Part shown: positions 63,201 through 64,000 of the stretch, one piece after another
Layout of the letters: the number at the start of each line of letters is the position of its first letter
How positions within the stretch are numbered: position 1 is the first letter of the stretch
DNA from: Azolla caroliniana
Taxonomy: Eukaryota; Plantae; Polypodiophyta
Assembly (NCBI GenBank): GCA_043228905.1
Contig: JBHGNT010000005.1
Location: 14,012,001 to 14,076,000, forward strand
Reading direction: 5' to 3'
DNA length: 64,000 bases
The notes under the pieces: generated by a model
The model's input: the letters and a program-made list of their open reading frames with translations, nothing else
The model's database searches: none
What the model was told of the DNA's origin: nothing
Made by a program: the position numbers and the translations under genes

Positions 63201-64000
63201 CCTTTTTCCCGCAAGAGAACGGATGTGTTGACCCAATGCTTGTGGAACCAATGGTTATCTTTACAATACCCCATGTGCCATGGAACTTGAAGCCAATTCC
63301 CGTTCCAAGATTGCAAGAGATGTTAAAAGAAAAGATTAGAATGGGAATCCTTGAGCCATCTAATGCGTCTTATTCAAATAGGTGGTCCATAGTGCCAAAG
63401 AAGAATGGAGCGCTTCGATTTATCCAAGATCTGCAACCGGTAAACAAGGTCACCATTCGTAATGTTGGTATTGGACCTAGTGTTTATGAGTTTACTAAAG
63501 CTTTTGCAGGAAGGTCGATTTACTCGATTGGAGACTTGTATTCTGGATACGACCAAATTCAATTGTCTTTGGATAGTCGAGACATCACAACAATGCAGAC
63601 TCCCATTGGGTTGGTAAGGATGTGTACATTACCGCAAGGGGCAACTAACTCGGTGGCTCACATGATGAACACCATGAGCAAAGTACTAAGAGACTGCATC
63701 CCAGATATTACGATGCCTTTCCTTAATGATATCCCTATAAAGGGGTGCCCTGAATCAGAGAAGGACGAGTCTTTAGATCAAGATGGATGTCGAAGATTTG
63801 TTTCAAACCATATTGAAGACTGTGGAAGAGTGTTGGAAAGACTAGAAGGTGCAAGTCTCACATTCTCCAGAGAAAAATCAGCATTTGGCCAACGCGAGAT
63901 CCTAGTAGTGGGACATCTTTGTGGACCATACGGACGGAAACCCTCTCTCGAGAAGGTGAATGTTATTCAAGAGATGCAAGAGGAATGTGGAACGCAGACA
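59337..64000 (+). mobile_element. Degenerate Phygy-like element C (LTR ending 60377, start uncertain; runs off window)
   Basis: Decayed Trp PBS TGATGAACCTGACATGAA 60384-60401; gag from 60417, CIWCDSLEHQRRDC, ALIDHGSEIN, EDF-TAA 62568-62570, RT to window end. Confidence 0.88.

Overview
Gene-free, heavily nested LTR-retrotransposon cluster, most likely heterochromatin of a seed-free land plant (fern/lycophyte/moss; inferred from the lineage mix). No host gene is visible. Contents: several Ty1/copia elements (one full-length + copy at 1926-7691, a Tork/Tnt1-like - copy present twice through a 7.65-kb tandem duplication, and many remnants); two Tf1/sushi/Tcn1-like chromodomain Ty3/gypsy elements (one very young, with an intact 1185-aa pol, 52481-58259); three tRNA-Trp-primed non-chromovirus (Phygy-like) Ty3/gypsy elements; a pol-less LTR element; and solo LTRs with TSDs. 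The most interesting signals are cis-acting. (1) A -1 frameshift cassette (G_GAU_UUU-stop, about 6-nt spacer, pseudoknot) sits between protease and RT and is structurally conserved with different sequence in all three Trp-primed elements. (2) The chromoviruses show a tRNA-independent self-priming signal and a G_UUA_AAC frameshift pseudoknot. (3) Antisense tRNA-type A-box/B-box modules at tRNA spacing occur in the U3 of two unrelated gypsy lineages. (4) The copia family has duplicated PPTs, with the terminal PPT in a hairpin loop. All pairings, alignments and coordinates were read by eye; lineage names are provisional.
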